Assembly: GCA_963846575.1 (NCBI GenBank) | Contig: CAWJWJ010000001.1 | Coordinates: 160,001-224,000 of the forward strand | Direction of reading: 5' to 3' | Length of the DNA stretch: 64,000 bases | Origin: an uncultured Nitrospiraceae bacterium | GTDB lineage: Bacteria > Nitrospirota > Nitrospiria > Nitrospirales > Nitrospiraceae | Part shown: positions 56,702-64,000 of the stretch, piece after piece | Layout of the letters: every line of letters begins with the position of its first letter | Position numbering within the stretch: position 1 is the stretch's first letter | Notes under the pieces: generated by a model | Told to the model about the DNA's origin: nothing | Databases searched by the model: none | The model's input: only the letters and a program-made list of their open reading frames with translations | Program-made: the position numbers and the translations under genes

Positions 56702-58896
56702 GGCTGGCTCAACGGCAAGACCTGCCGATCAGGGGGGCGTGGCAGGGCGTCGGGGAGCACGTCGCCGATCACCCGCCTGATGGTGTCCTCCGACAGCTCG
56801 CTTTTCATTACGATCCCGCGCGTGGATTGTTCCAACAGCGTTGTCGCCTCGGACGAGAGGGCCTGTGCCGTGACAATGACGACCGGTGTCCCTTGCAGTT
56901 TTTCAGACGCAGCCAGATCCTGGAGGAATTGCCAACCGGACCGGCCGGGCATATTGAGATCCAAAAAAATGATGTCCGGCCTGATGTCACGACAGATCCG
57001 GATCCCTTCCATCGCGTCGCCCGATTCCGAGACCGTGCACCGGATACCGGCCAGGCACTTTTTGAGGATGTAGCGAAATGATTCTTCATCATCGATGATC
57101 ATCACCCGGGAAACGGAGGTGGGGGCCAACCCTGCGTCCGATGGCTGGACTAAACGATCCAGTTCCGCCATCAACGTGTCACGATCGATCGGCTTGAGCC
57201 TGTAGGCATCGGCCCCGAGCATGAAGGCCTTGGCGCGATCCTCCACGGTGGTGACGATGAGGACGGGGATGTCCCGCGTCACATCGTCCGCTTTCATGTG
57301 CGCGAGCCACTGCCAGCTATCCTCGCCGTGTAACAGCAGATCCAGCACGATGGCCGAGGGGCGCACCTGTTGTAACCGTCGTCCGGCATCACGCAGCCCC
57401 GCGCTGAACATCGGTTGATAGCGGCTGTTTCGAAGGAACTTGTCATAGACCGTTCGCATCTCGGGATGATCCTCGATGATGAGCACGGGAAGCCGGGCCG
57501 AATCCGGGGGAGGCTCGGCCTCCACGCGCGGTGTGAGCGTCCGGTCCATCGCCTGCTCATGGTAGAGCGGAATCGTCAACTTGAATACTGAGCCAGTTCC
57601 GACCTGGCTTTCAACCGAAACCTGCCCGCCGAGCAGCACCGCCAGCTTCTTGCATAACGGAAGTCCCAAGCCCGTGCCCTTGACCTGCCGCTGAATCGGG
57701 CTATCGAGCTGCGAGAATTCCTCAAAGATTCTTGCGTGGTCCTCGGGCTTGATGCCGATACCGGTATCGGACACGGCAATGGTCAGGGCCCGGCGATCGG
57801 CATTCACCGCGGCCGTCACGCGGATTTCTCCCCGCTCCGTAAACTTCACGGCATTGGAGATAAAATTCCGCAGGATCTGGGATACCTTCCCTTCGTCCGT
57901 GCAGAGCATCGGCAGGTCGTCCGCTTCCTCGAAAATCAGATTCACCGATGCACTCGTCAAAAGCGGCTTCAACATGCCGCGAAGGGCGCTGAACATGGTC
58001 TTGATGTCGAACTCGACCGGACGCACGTCGATCTTGCCCGCCTCGATTTTTGCCAGATCCAACAAATCGTTCACCAGTTCCAGCAGACTCTCGGCCGCCT
58101 TTCTGACGAATCGCACCTGTTTGTCCTGTTCGGACGTCAACTCCCCGTCGGACCGGTCCAGCAGCAGTCCCGACAGTGCGAGAATCGAACTCAAGGGCGT
58201 GCGAAACTCATGACTCATGTTCGAGAGAAACCGGGTTTTCATGTGATCCGCCTGGCGGAGATGGTCGGCCTTCTCATCCAACTCGGCATAGAGGGCGATC
58301 ACGCCGCGGTTCGTATCTTCGAGTTCCTGATTCAGCCGGACGAGTTCCTCCTGGCGCAGGCGTAATTCGTCCAATGCCTGCAACAATTCATGATTCTGCT
58401 GCCGCAGTTCCTCTTGTGCGTTCTGAGCCGGCGTGCGGATCAGCTCATCCACCAGGCTCGACAGCTCCGGGCCTCCCAGCGGCCTCACGCGCGCAGGGAA
58501 GACCTTTTTCATGAGCACCCTGGTGCCGGTTCCGGGATCGCTTTCGATTTCGCATTGATCCATGAGGCGTTTCGCGCCGACGAGCCCCAGCCCCATGCCG
58601 GTGCTGGACCGGTATCGACCCTCCAGGATCCGCTTGAGATCCGGGATGCCAGGACCGCTGTCCGTGACCCGGATCAACAACACCTGTGGGGCGGTCCGTC
58701 CTTCCACCTGAAACTCGACGAGGCCGTTTTGGGCATAACGGAACGCGTTACGCGCGATTTCCGAGACGGCGGTGGCAATTCGAGTCTGGTCCTGGACGTC
58801 GAAGCCGATCAGAGCGGTGATCTGCCTGGCGCGTTGACGGGCGACGACCACATCGTCCTCATATCTCAACGCGACTGTCATGATCGATTGACTCAC
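56698..58896 (-). CDS. RsbT-like GHKL domain + HisKA-HATPase + 2 REC hybrid kinase
   Basis: SEIARN/DSGPGI/GMGLGL N-terminal domain; MSHEFRTPL, NAVKFT, GTGLGL; two receivers with Asp. Confidence 0.92.
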   Translation of the reverse strand: MSQSIMTVALRYEDDVVVARQRARQITALIGFDVQDQTRIATAVSEIARNAFRYAQNGLVEFQVEGRTAPQVLLIRVTDSGPGIPDLKRILEGRYRSSTGMGLGLVGAKRLMDQCEIESDPGTGTRVLMKKVFPARVRPLGGPELSSLVDELIRTPAQNAQEELRQQNHELLQALDELRLRQEELVRLNQELEDTNRGVIALYAELDEKADHLRQADHMKTRFLSNMSHEFRTPLSSILALSGLLLDRSDGELTSEQDKQVRFVRKAAESLLELVNDLLDLAKIEAGKIDVRPVEFDIKTMFSALRGMLKPLLTSASVNLIFEEADDLPMLCTDEGKVSQILRNFISNAVKFTERGEIRVTAAVNADRRALTIAVSDTGIGIKPEDHARIFEEFSQLDSPIQRQVKGTGLGLPLCKKLAVLLGGQVSVESQVGTGSVFKLTIPLYHEQAMDRTLTPRVEAEPPPDSARLPVLIIEDHPEMRTVYDKFLRNSRYQPMFSAGLRDAGRRLQQVRPSAIVLDLLLHGEDSWQWLAHMKADDVTRDIPVLIVTTVEDRAKAFMLGADAYRLKPIDRDTLMAELDRLVQPSDAGLAPTSVSRVMIIDDEESFRYILKKCLAGIRCTVSESGDAMEGIRICRDIRPDIIFLDLNMPGRSGWQFLQDLAASEKLQGTPVVIVTAQALSSEATTLLEQSTRGIVMKSELSEDTIRRVIGDVLPDALPRPPDRQVLPLSQP

Positions 58897-58957
58897 CGAA
58901 CGGATCCTTTCGACTCAGTTGCTTTCCTATCGGACAGGGTCTTGCCGGAGCGGGCGG

Positions 58958-60004
58958 TCATGCAGCCGGTCCGCCCTCCGGCCTGGGCGATTTCAGCACC
59001 ATCACCGTCGTGTCGTCTCGGCCTCGGCTGAAATCACGATAGAGGGTGGCGGCGATGAGACTCGGATCCCGGCTGGCCAAACCGGCATAACCGGTCACAT
59101 CCCAGTGGCTGTTGATCCCATCCGAGCACATTACGAGCAGCGCGGAATCGGACCAGGGATATTGAAACTCGGTCACCCGCCTGATGTGGTGACCGAGGAT
59201 TCCATTCTGCGACACCATATTCTGAGCCACTCCATCCTGGAGCACGGCGGCCATGATATTTCCAATTCCGATAAATTTGACGAGGCCCTGGTCGGGAAGG
59301 ATTTCCGCCACACCCAACGCGGCGCCCCTGGTCGGTCGAAGCAGGCCATGGGCGATCTCTATCTGTTCGGTCAGCGAGACCTGTCGATGGTCATGCAGGC
59401 TCTCGATCGCAAGCAGGGCCGCCTCCGCCGCCTGGGATCCGTGACCCAACCCGTCCACGACCGCGCAGAGGGTTCGCCTGTCGAACGACTCCGACAACCA
59501 GGCATCTCCGGACACCTGCTCGCCCGGCTTGGCCAGATTGATCACGCCCGTCATGGCTGGCTGATCCGGCTGCAGGCCGGGCTGGGCTCGATTCCAAACA
59601 CGAGCCACGAGGCCGGTTCCTCTTCCGGCAATGGAATGGATGTCGAACTCCGAGGCCATCCGCACCAGCGCCCCGAGACCGGTGCCAGGGCTGCCCGTCG
59701 TGGAATGGCCGTCCCGCAGGGCGCGCCCCACATTCGCCATGCCCGGTCCCCGGTCCAAGGCCACGATTTCGATGCCCTGCAGGAGTCCCTGAGCGACGAT
59801 GCGGAGGAATATTTCGCCCGCCTTCGCATGCTTGATCAGATTGGTGCCCATTTCCGAGGCGATGACCGCGCAGATGCCGGCCCCGGTTTCATCCAGGCCG
59901 GCTGAGCCTGCCAATGCCGTGACTTTCCGGCGCACCTCGGCCACCTGGCTCGACTCGCCGATCGGAAACTGAAACTGCTGTCCCTCCTGATGTTTCGTGA
60001 TCAT
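58958..60004 (-). CDS. rsbX: RsbX-like PP2C/SpoIIE phosphatase with N-terminal RsbT-like ATP-binding domain
   Basis: SEMGTNLIKH, DRGPG, GTGLG; SGD, VDGLGHG, CSDG and DDTT PP2C motifs. Confidence 0.82.
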   Translation of the reverse strand: MITKHQEGQQFQFPIGESSQVAEVRRKVTALAGSAGLDETGAGICAVIASEMGTNLIKHAKAGEIFLRIVAQGLLQGIEIVALDRGPGMANVGRALRDGHSTTGSPGTGLGALVRMASEFDIHSIAGRGTGLVARVWNRAQPGLQPDQPAMTGVINLAKPGEQVSGDAWLSESFDRRTLCAVVDGLGHGSQAAEAALLAIESLHDHRQVSLTEQIEIAHGLLRPTRGAALGVAEILPDQGLVKFIGIGNIMAAVLQDGVAQNMVSQNGILGHHIRRVTEFQYPWSDSALLVMCSDGINSHWDVTGYAGLASRDPSLIAATLYRDFSRGRDDTTVMVLKSPRPEGGPAA

Positions 60005-60011
60005 CCTGCCT

Positions 60012-60416
60012 TCACTTCCAGCGTGCAATCGTCACCCTGGTCCCCTTACCCACTTCCGAGTGGATGTCGAACTCGTTCACGAGGCGCCGCGATCCGCTCA
60101 AGCCCAGCCCCAGGCCATGCCCCGTGGTGAATCCGTCCCGCAATGCCCTGTCCAGGTCCGGAATTCCGGGCCCCTGATCGATAAACGTCAACCGGACCCC
60201 GCGGCGGGAGCCCTCCTGCAACACTTGAATCCGCACGTCTCCGCCCCGACCGTGATCGAGGGTGTTCCGGGCCAGTTCGCTCGCGGCCGTCACCAGCTTC
60301 GTCTGATCGACGAGGGAGAAGGCCTGCATCAGCGCCGACTCCCGAGTGATTTGACGAACCTTCACGATGTCATCCGACGTCCGGATGGGATAGGTTTCAT
60401 CCCGCAACGTGACCAT
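60012..60416 (-). CDS. rsbT: Stressosome Ser/Thr kinase RsbT
   Basis: TAASELARN, DQGPGI, DGFTTGHGLGLGL. Confidence 0.92.
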   Translation of the reverse strand: MVTLRDETYPIRTSDDIVKVRQITRESALMQAFSLVDQTKLVTAASELARNTLDHGRGGDVRIQVLQEGSRRGVRLTFIDQGPGIPDLDRALRDGFTTGHGLGLGLSGSRRLVNEFDIHSEVGKGTRVTIARWK

Positions 60417-60786
60417 TTCCTCGCGCCCTGTTCTCGGTGGACCGTTTGAGCATCTCCACCCCCTTGTCCACATTGAGTGCCGTACGCACTCCGGGCAGGG
60501 AGAGCCCGAGTTCCACCAGCGTGATCGCCACCGCCGGACGCATGCCGACCAGCACGGTTTCCGCATCCAGCACACGCGCCATGCTGGCGGTATTGCTGAT
60601 CATCCGGCCGATGAACGAATCCACGATTTCCAGCGAGGAGATATCGATGAGCACGCCATGAGCCCGCTCTTTGACGATCCGGCTCGTCAAATCGTCTTGC
60701 AGCGTCATGGCAAGCCGGTCATGCATGTCGACCTGCACGGTCACCAACAAAAAATTGCCCATTTTTAAGATCGGAATCCGTTCCAT
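60397..60786 (-). CDS. rsbS: Stressosome STAS antagonist RsbS
   Basis: IPILK, IDIS..IVDSF (conserved phospho-Ser), GMRPAVAITLVELG. Confidence 0.93.
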   Translation of the reverse strand: MERIPILKMGNFLLVTVQVDMHDRLAMTLQDDLTSRIVKERAHGVLIDISSLEIVDSFIGRMISNTASMARVLDAETVLVGMRPAVAITLVELGLSLPGVRTALNVDKGVEMLKRSTENRARGNGHVAG

Positions 60787-60788
60787 GA

Positions 60789-61655
60789 TCAGTCGATCGG
60801 CCTCGCGCCGGCAGATTTCGACACGCTGGCGCCGGTGCGCTGGAGCGCGATCATAAAGGCATCCGCCAGCGTGGCCTTGGTGGTCACCGCACTCAAATCC
60901 ACGCCGAGATGGACGATCGTCTGGGCAATTTGCGGGCGGATGCCGCTGATGATGCAGTCGGCGCCCATGAGCCGCGCCGCCGCCACGGTTTTCAGCAGGT
61001 GTTGCGCGACCAGCGTGTCCACGGTCGGCACCCCGGTGATGTCGATGATCGCGATCATGGCACCGGTCTCCACGATGCGTTGCAGCAGATTTTCCATGAC
61101 GACCTGGGTCCGCTCGCTGTCCAGCGTTCCGATCAAGGGCAAAGCGAGAATGTGCTCGAACAGCTGTACCACCGGCGTGGACAACTCCAGCAGTTCTTCC
61201 TGCTGGCGATGGATCACTTCCTCTCGATTCTGTTGATGGAGTTCCATGATCTGCAACCCCAGATGATCGAGCAGGACCGTGACGGCCCACAGTTCGGTGA
61301 TGAGATCCTTCGGATCCTTCACGTTCGAGCGAACCACGTCGAAGAGCGGTTGTTTGAGCGAAAAAATAAACGTGGCGGTCTCGGTCGGCGTAAATCCCCG
61401 CGACACTCTCGACCGGGCTGTCTGTCCGAGGAAATCCTTGACCGGCTTCCACGAAGGGGTATTCGCATCCAGGCCCCCCTGGAGAAGGGCTTGGGTAAAG
61501 AGGCCCATGAACTCGCGCGACTGCTCGCGCAGTTCGCTATCCTTCATCAGATCCTGGCGCAGAGTGGTCGCGGATAGCTGGAAGTCCACCCAGGCTTTGA
61601 GGATGCTGTCCTGCTGAGCCCGGACGCTGTCGGCCAGTCTGTATTGTTTTTCCAT
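60789..61655 (-). CDS. rsbR: Stressosome scaffold RsbR (RsbRD_N + STAS)
   Basis: ELSTPV, PLIGTLDSER, IDITGVPTVDT, SGIRPQIAQT; ATG after GAGGAGGAAAGG. Confidence 0.93.
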   Translation of the reverse strand: MEKQYRLADSVRAQQDSILKAWVDFQLSATTLRQDLMKDSELREQSREFMGLFTQALLQGGLDANTPSWKPVKDFLGQTARSRVSRGFTPTETATFIFSLKQPLFDVVRSNVKDPKDLITELWAVTVLLDHLGLQIMELHQQNREEVIHRQQEELLELSTPVVQLFEHILALPLIGTLDSERTQVVMENLLQRIVETGAMIAIIDITGVPTVDTLVAQHLLKTVAAARLMGADCIISGIRPQIAQTIVHLGVDLSAVTTKATLADAFMIALQRTGASVSKSAGARPID

Positions 61656-61746
61656 TGCCCTTTCCTCCTCTGCCGATTCTGACGAACATTCCGAAATGGC
61701 TGGAGATACCCGGAAGTAGAGACGGGCAGACCAGTCTAATCGTGCT

Positions 61747-61777
61747 GTAGGCAAGTCCCTACTAGGGGAACCCCTGG
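61747..61777. promoter_or_regulatory. Two abutting TAGG-N6-CCT(A/G) palindromes upstream of rsbR
   Basis: GTAGG-CAAGTC-CCTAC followed by CTAGG-GGAACC-CCTGG. Confidence 0.5.
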
Positions 61778-61888
61778 CAGGCCGGGTCAGACTACAGGCA
61801 AAGGGGCTGACGTTGCTAGTGGAGAGAGCTGCGGGGTGTGCAGTGCAACAGAGGGCTCCGCCGCGATGCCGGGCAGGGGAGCAGGTTT

Positions 61889-62120
61889 TCAGGACCAAAA
61901 CTGCCAGGCCTTGATGTGGCCCCGGAGCAGATCCCGTCTGGACAGGATCCCGACAACGCGCCGGTCCCGCACCACCGGAAGCTGGTCATACCCTCTCATG
62001 AAACAGGTGTGCGGCTTCTTCAAGCGTCATGGTTCTCTGCGCGTTAAGGATATGGGATGTCCTGATCTCCACACCAGCACCTTCCGCAGGTCTCTCCCCT
62101 CGTCAGCCGCCGTGACTCCG
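61889..62120 (-). pseudogene. Frameshifted CBS-domain gene remnant
   Basis: Pieces EGRDLRKVLV.., MTLEEAAHLFHE and GYDQLPVVRDRRVVGILSRRDLLRGH join into a CBS repeat only across frameshifts. Confidence 0.75.
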
Positions 62121-62151
62121 GGCCTTCGACCGTCGTCCTCCCTCGAGCTCC

Positions 62152-62697
62152 CTACTCCGGTTGCGCGATCAGCGCCGGGCTGTGATCTTCCTCCCATCGG
62201 ACATAGTGCGTCGTCGTATGGTCAGGCTTCACTCTGATTCCCGTCGCCTCCTGCCGTTGACCGCCCAACATCGCGCTGACATCGTAGGTCCCTTCCGGAA
62301 GATCAATAAACAGCCAGGGGCCGTTGTTCTCGTCGGCGGGGACGGTCAGGATCTTGGTTCCTTCACGATCGCGCACCGTCACCGTCGCGCCGGTCACAAA
62401 TGGCTTCCCGCCGGCCGTGAACACCAGCTTCAACGAAAATGGCGGATAAACCGCCTCGCGTTCGACGCGGCCGACACCCGCGCTGAAATACGGAATCCCG
62501 CCGCTGCGGTAAAGCGGAATGACATCCTTTTGCAGTCCGGCCTCGGTAGGAATCTCCAGTTCGATGGCATCTCCGGCCGGCGCCATCCTCGAGACGACAG
62601 GCGTCGCCCCATCAGCCACAGCGGACAACAGGATCACCCCTACGAGACCCGCAGCCCCCGCCAAGCTTCGCCCCATCACCCCCCGCTGTTCTCCCAT
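62152..62697 (-). CDS. Exported protein with carboxypeptidase-regulatory-like (beta-sandwich) domain
   Basis: AGGAGGAGG SD, signal peptide, YFSAGVG..ERE and GPWLFIDLPEGTY motifs. Confidence 0.75.
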   Translation of the reverse strand: MGEQRGVMGRSLAGAAGLVGVILLSAVADGATPVVSRMAPAGDAIELEIPTEAGLQKDVIPLYRSGGIPYFSAGVGRVEREAVYPPFSLKLVFTAGGKPFVTGATVTVRDREGTKILTVPADENNGPWLFIDLPEGTYDVSAMLGGQRQEATGIRVKPDHTTTHYVRWEEDHSPALIAQPE

Positions 62698-62807
62698 GCC
62701 TCCTCCTTTCACCAACTTCTTTGGCCATGGTTTACAGACCTCTGATCTCCTTGGCCCGTCCGCGACCGGTTGGACAGAGATGTGCGAGCCTTGTCGCTCC
62801 CCCTTTC

Positions 62808-62837
62808 TTCCGGTCTGATTCCGGTCTGATTCCGGTC
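62808..62837. repeat. 11-bp tandem direct repeat (TTCCGGTCTGA x2.7)
   Basis: TTCCGGTCTGA TTCCGGTCTGA TTCCGGTC read directly. Confidence 0.85.
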
Positions 62838-62958
62838 AACTGCCGCGAAGTACCCCAGGGTCTTCCCGGAACTGCTGCAAAACGCCGCAACCGTCTCAGT
62901 GGCCAAGAGCCCACCTTGAAACCCTGCTCGGCACATACCGTCGTACCCGCCTCCCCCC

Positions 62959-62974
62959 AGGCATATCCGATGCA
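62959..62974 (+). promoter_or_regulatory. sigma54 (-24/-12) promoter upstream of the USP remnant and CBS gene
   Basis: AGGCAT-ATCCG-ATGCA, GG-N10-GC, about 48 nt before ATG 63021. Confidence 0.55.
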
Positions 62975-63020
62975 GACCTCATTCCAGAGAGAGATAACTC
63001 CAACCCGGGAGTAAAACAAG

Positions 63021-63242
63021 ATGCGGCTGATGATGGCCGTGGACGGCTCGGAATACTCCGACCCGGGAACCGATCGGATGCCGGCCTTCCCGGGACCGCT
63101 TGAAGCCGGCATTGCCATGGGCGGGTTTTTTCTATATCTGTATAACCGGGGTTGGACCTGGGAGTTCCCGCCCGACCGGAGTGACGCCATCACTGAGCAC
63201 GGAGCCGGAAATGGCAAGGGCCGATGGGACGCATGGCCGTGA
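63021..63242 (+). pseudogene. Probable universal stress protein remnant
   Basis: GGGAG SD + MRLMMAVDGSEYS, a typical USP first strand and DGS motif; similarity is lost after about 14 aa. Confidence 0.55.
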
Positions 63243-63296
63243 GCACGCGAGCGTACGGTGCCTATGCATGGAATCCAACCGGAGGAAGGAGCGCTT

Positions 63297-64000
63297 ATGA
63301 CGACGATCGGATCAGGCCAGCAGGTCAGCGACTATATGCACCGCCAATTGGAGGTGTTGCCGGAGGACGCGTCCGTCGTCTCCGTCGCCGCCAGAATGCG
63401 GGAGCGGAGCATCGGTTCCCTGCTGATCGAAACGGTCGATCGATCGCGCCATGACTGCCGGATCATCGGCATCGTCACCGAAACCGACCTCGTCGGGAAG
63501 GTGCTGGCCAAAGGCCGCGCCCCGTCGGAGACCCGCCTGACGGAGATCATGAGCAGCCCGCTGATCACCATCGGGCCGAACCGCCCGATGCTCGACGCGA
63601 GTCACTTGATGGAAACCAAGCGGGTGCGACACCTCGCCGTCTCCGAAGGGGCCGAGGTGCTCGGCGTGATTTCGGTGCGCGATCTGGTGCGGCATTTCGT
63701 GGAAGCCGACGGGGGACCGGTGCAGTCCCTGAACGATGTCTACCGTCCCTTGAGCGTGCTCATGAACAAGGCCATCATCACCATCGGCAGCGACGGCACC
63801 GCCCTCGCGGCCGCGCAACGGATGGCCGACAAACACATCGGAGCGCTGTTTGTGATGGAGGCCGAGCAACTGGTGGGAATCGTGACCGAGGCCGACCTCG
63901 TGCGGAAGCTCCTCGCTCAGCGGCTCGATCCGGCGACCACCAAGGTCGGCGCCCTGATGAATTCGCCGTTGCTCGACATCGACATCAACGGGACGATCCA
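63297..64000 (+). CDS. Multi-CBS-domain protein (runs off window)
   Basis: Manual translation from ATG 63297: VSDYM..., IIGIVTETDLV, RHLAV..VLGVISVRDLV, LVGIVTEADLV. Confidence 0.92.
   Translation, partial: MTTIGSGQQVSDYMHRQLEVLPEDASVVSVAARMRERSIGSLLIETVDRSRHDCRIIGIVTETDLVGKVLAKGRAPSETRLTEIMSSPLITIGPNRPMLDASHLMETKRVRHLAVSEGAEVLGVISVRDLVRHFVEADGGPVQSLNDVYRPLSVLMNKAIITIGSDGTALAAAQRMADKHIGALFVMEAEQLVGIVTEADLVRKLLAQRLDPATTKVGALMNSPLLDIDINGTI

Noticed and set aside
60787..61898. N-terminally extended RsbS (351 aa), RsbR (369 aa), RsbT (187 aa) and NadB (620 aa) in the ORF track
   Set aside because: Extensions overlap upstream genes or promoters; internal ATGs with SD or stop-start coupling fit family lengths

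Overview
GC-rich bacterial chromosome window. Gene content and order suggest a Nitrospira-like organism (inference, not provable here). Positions 1-23 kb are mostly housekeeping: zapB-zapA-rny-ymdB-xseA-xseB-tlyA, a TPR lytic transglycosylase, rlmN, an M16 peptidase pair, larE, a stand-alone F0 ATP synthase operon, pabB plus a class IV aminotransferase, nadB, a 31-aa bS22/AURKAIP1-like protein missed by the ORF track, an MsbA-like ABC exporter and a phosphoesterase. Positions 23-64 kb are accessory signalling and stress genes: PilZ, hybrid kinases including a 2208-aa multi-PAS/GAF HisKA_3 kinase, USP, GNAT/SLT/ATPase, GH13, an APH-like plus CysC-like kinase pair, an HPF-cold-shock fusion, cytochrome c, pncA-pncB, a pentapeptide-repeat protein, a fluoride-riboswitch-controlled CPA antiporter, ynfA, MFS, a full RsbRSTX stressosome operon with two hybrid kinases, and a CBS protein. 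Best leads: (1) a putative sigma54-driven, DosR-regulon-like dormancy gene set with three similarly positioned -24/-12 promoters and decayed CBS, USP and FmdB remnants; (2) a stressosome wired to NarL-type kinase-receiver proteins that share a TAGG-N6-CCTA upstream palindrome; (3) the fluoride riboswitch-CPA antiporter; (4) a small membrane ORF upstream of rny where 6S RNA usually lies. No CRISPR, tRNA, rRNA or IS element was recognised.
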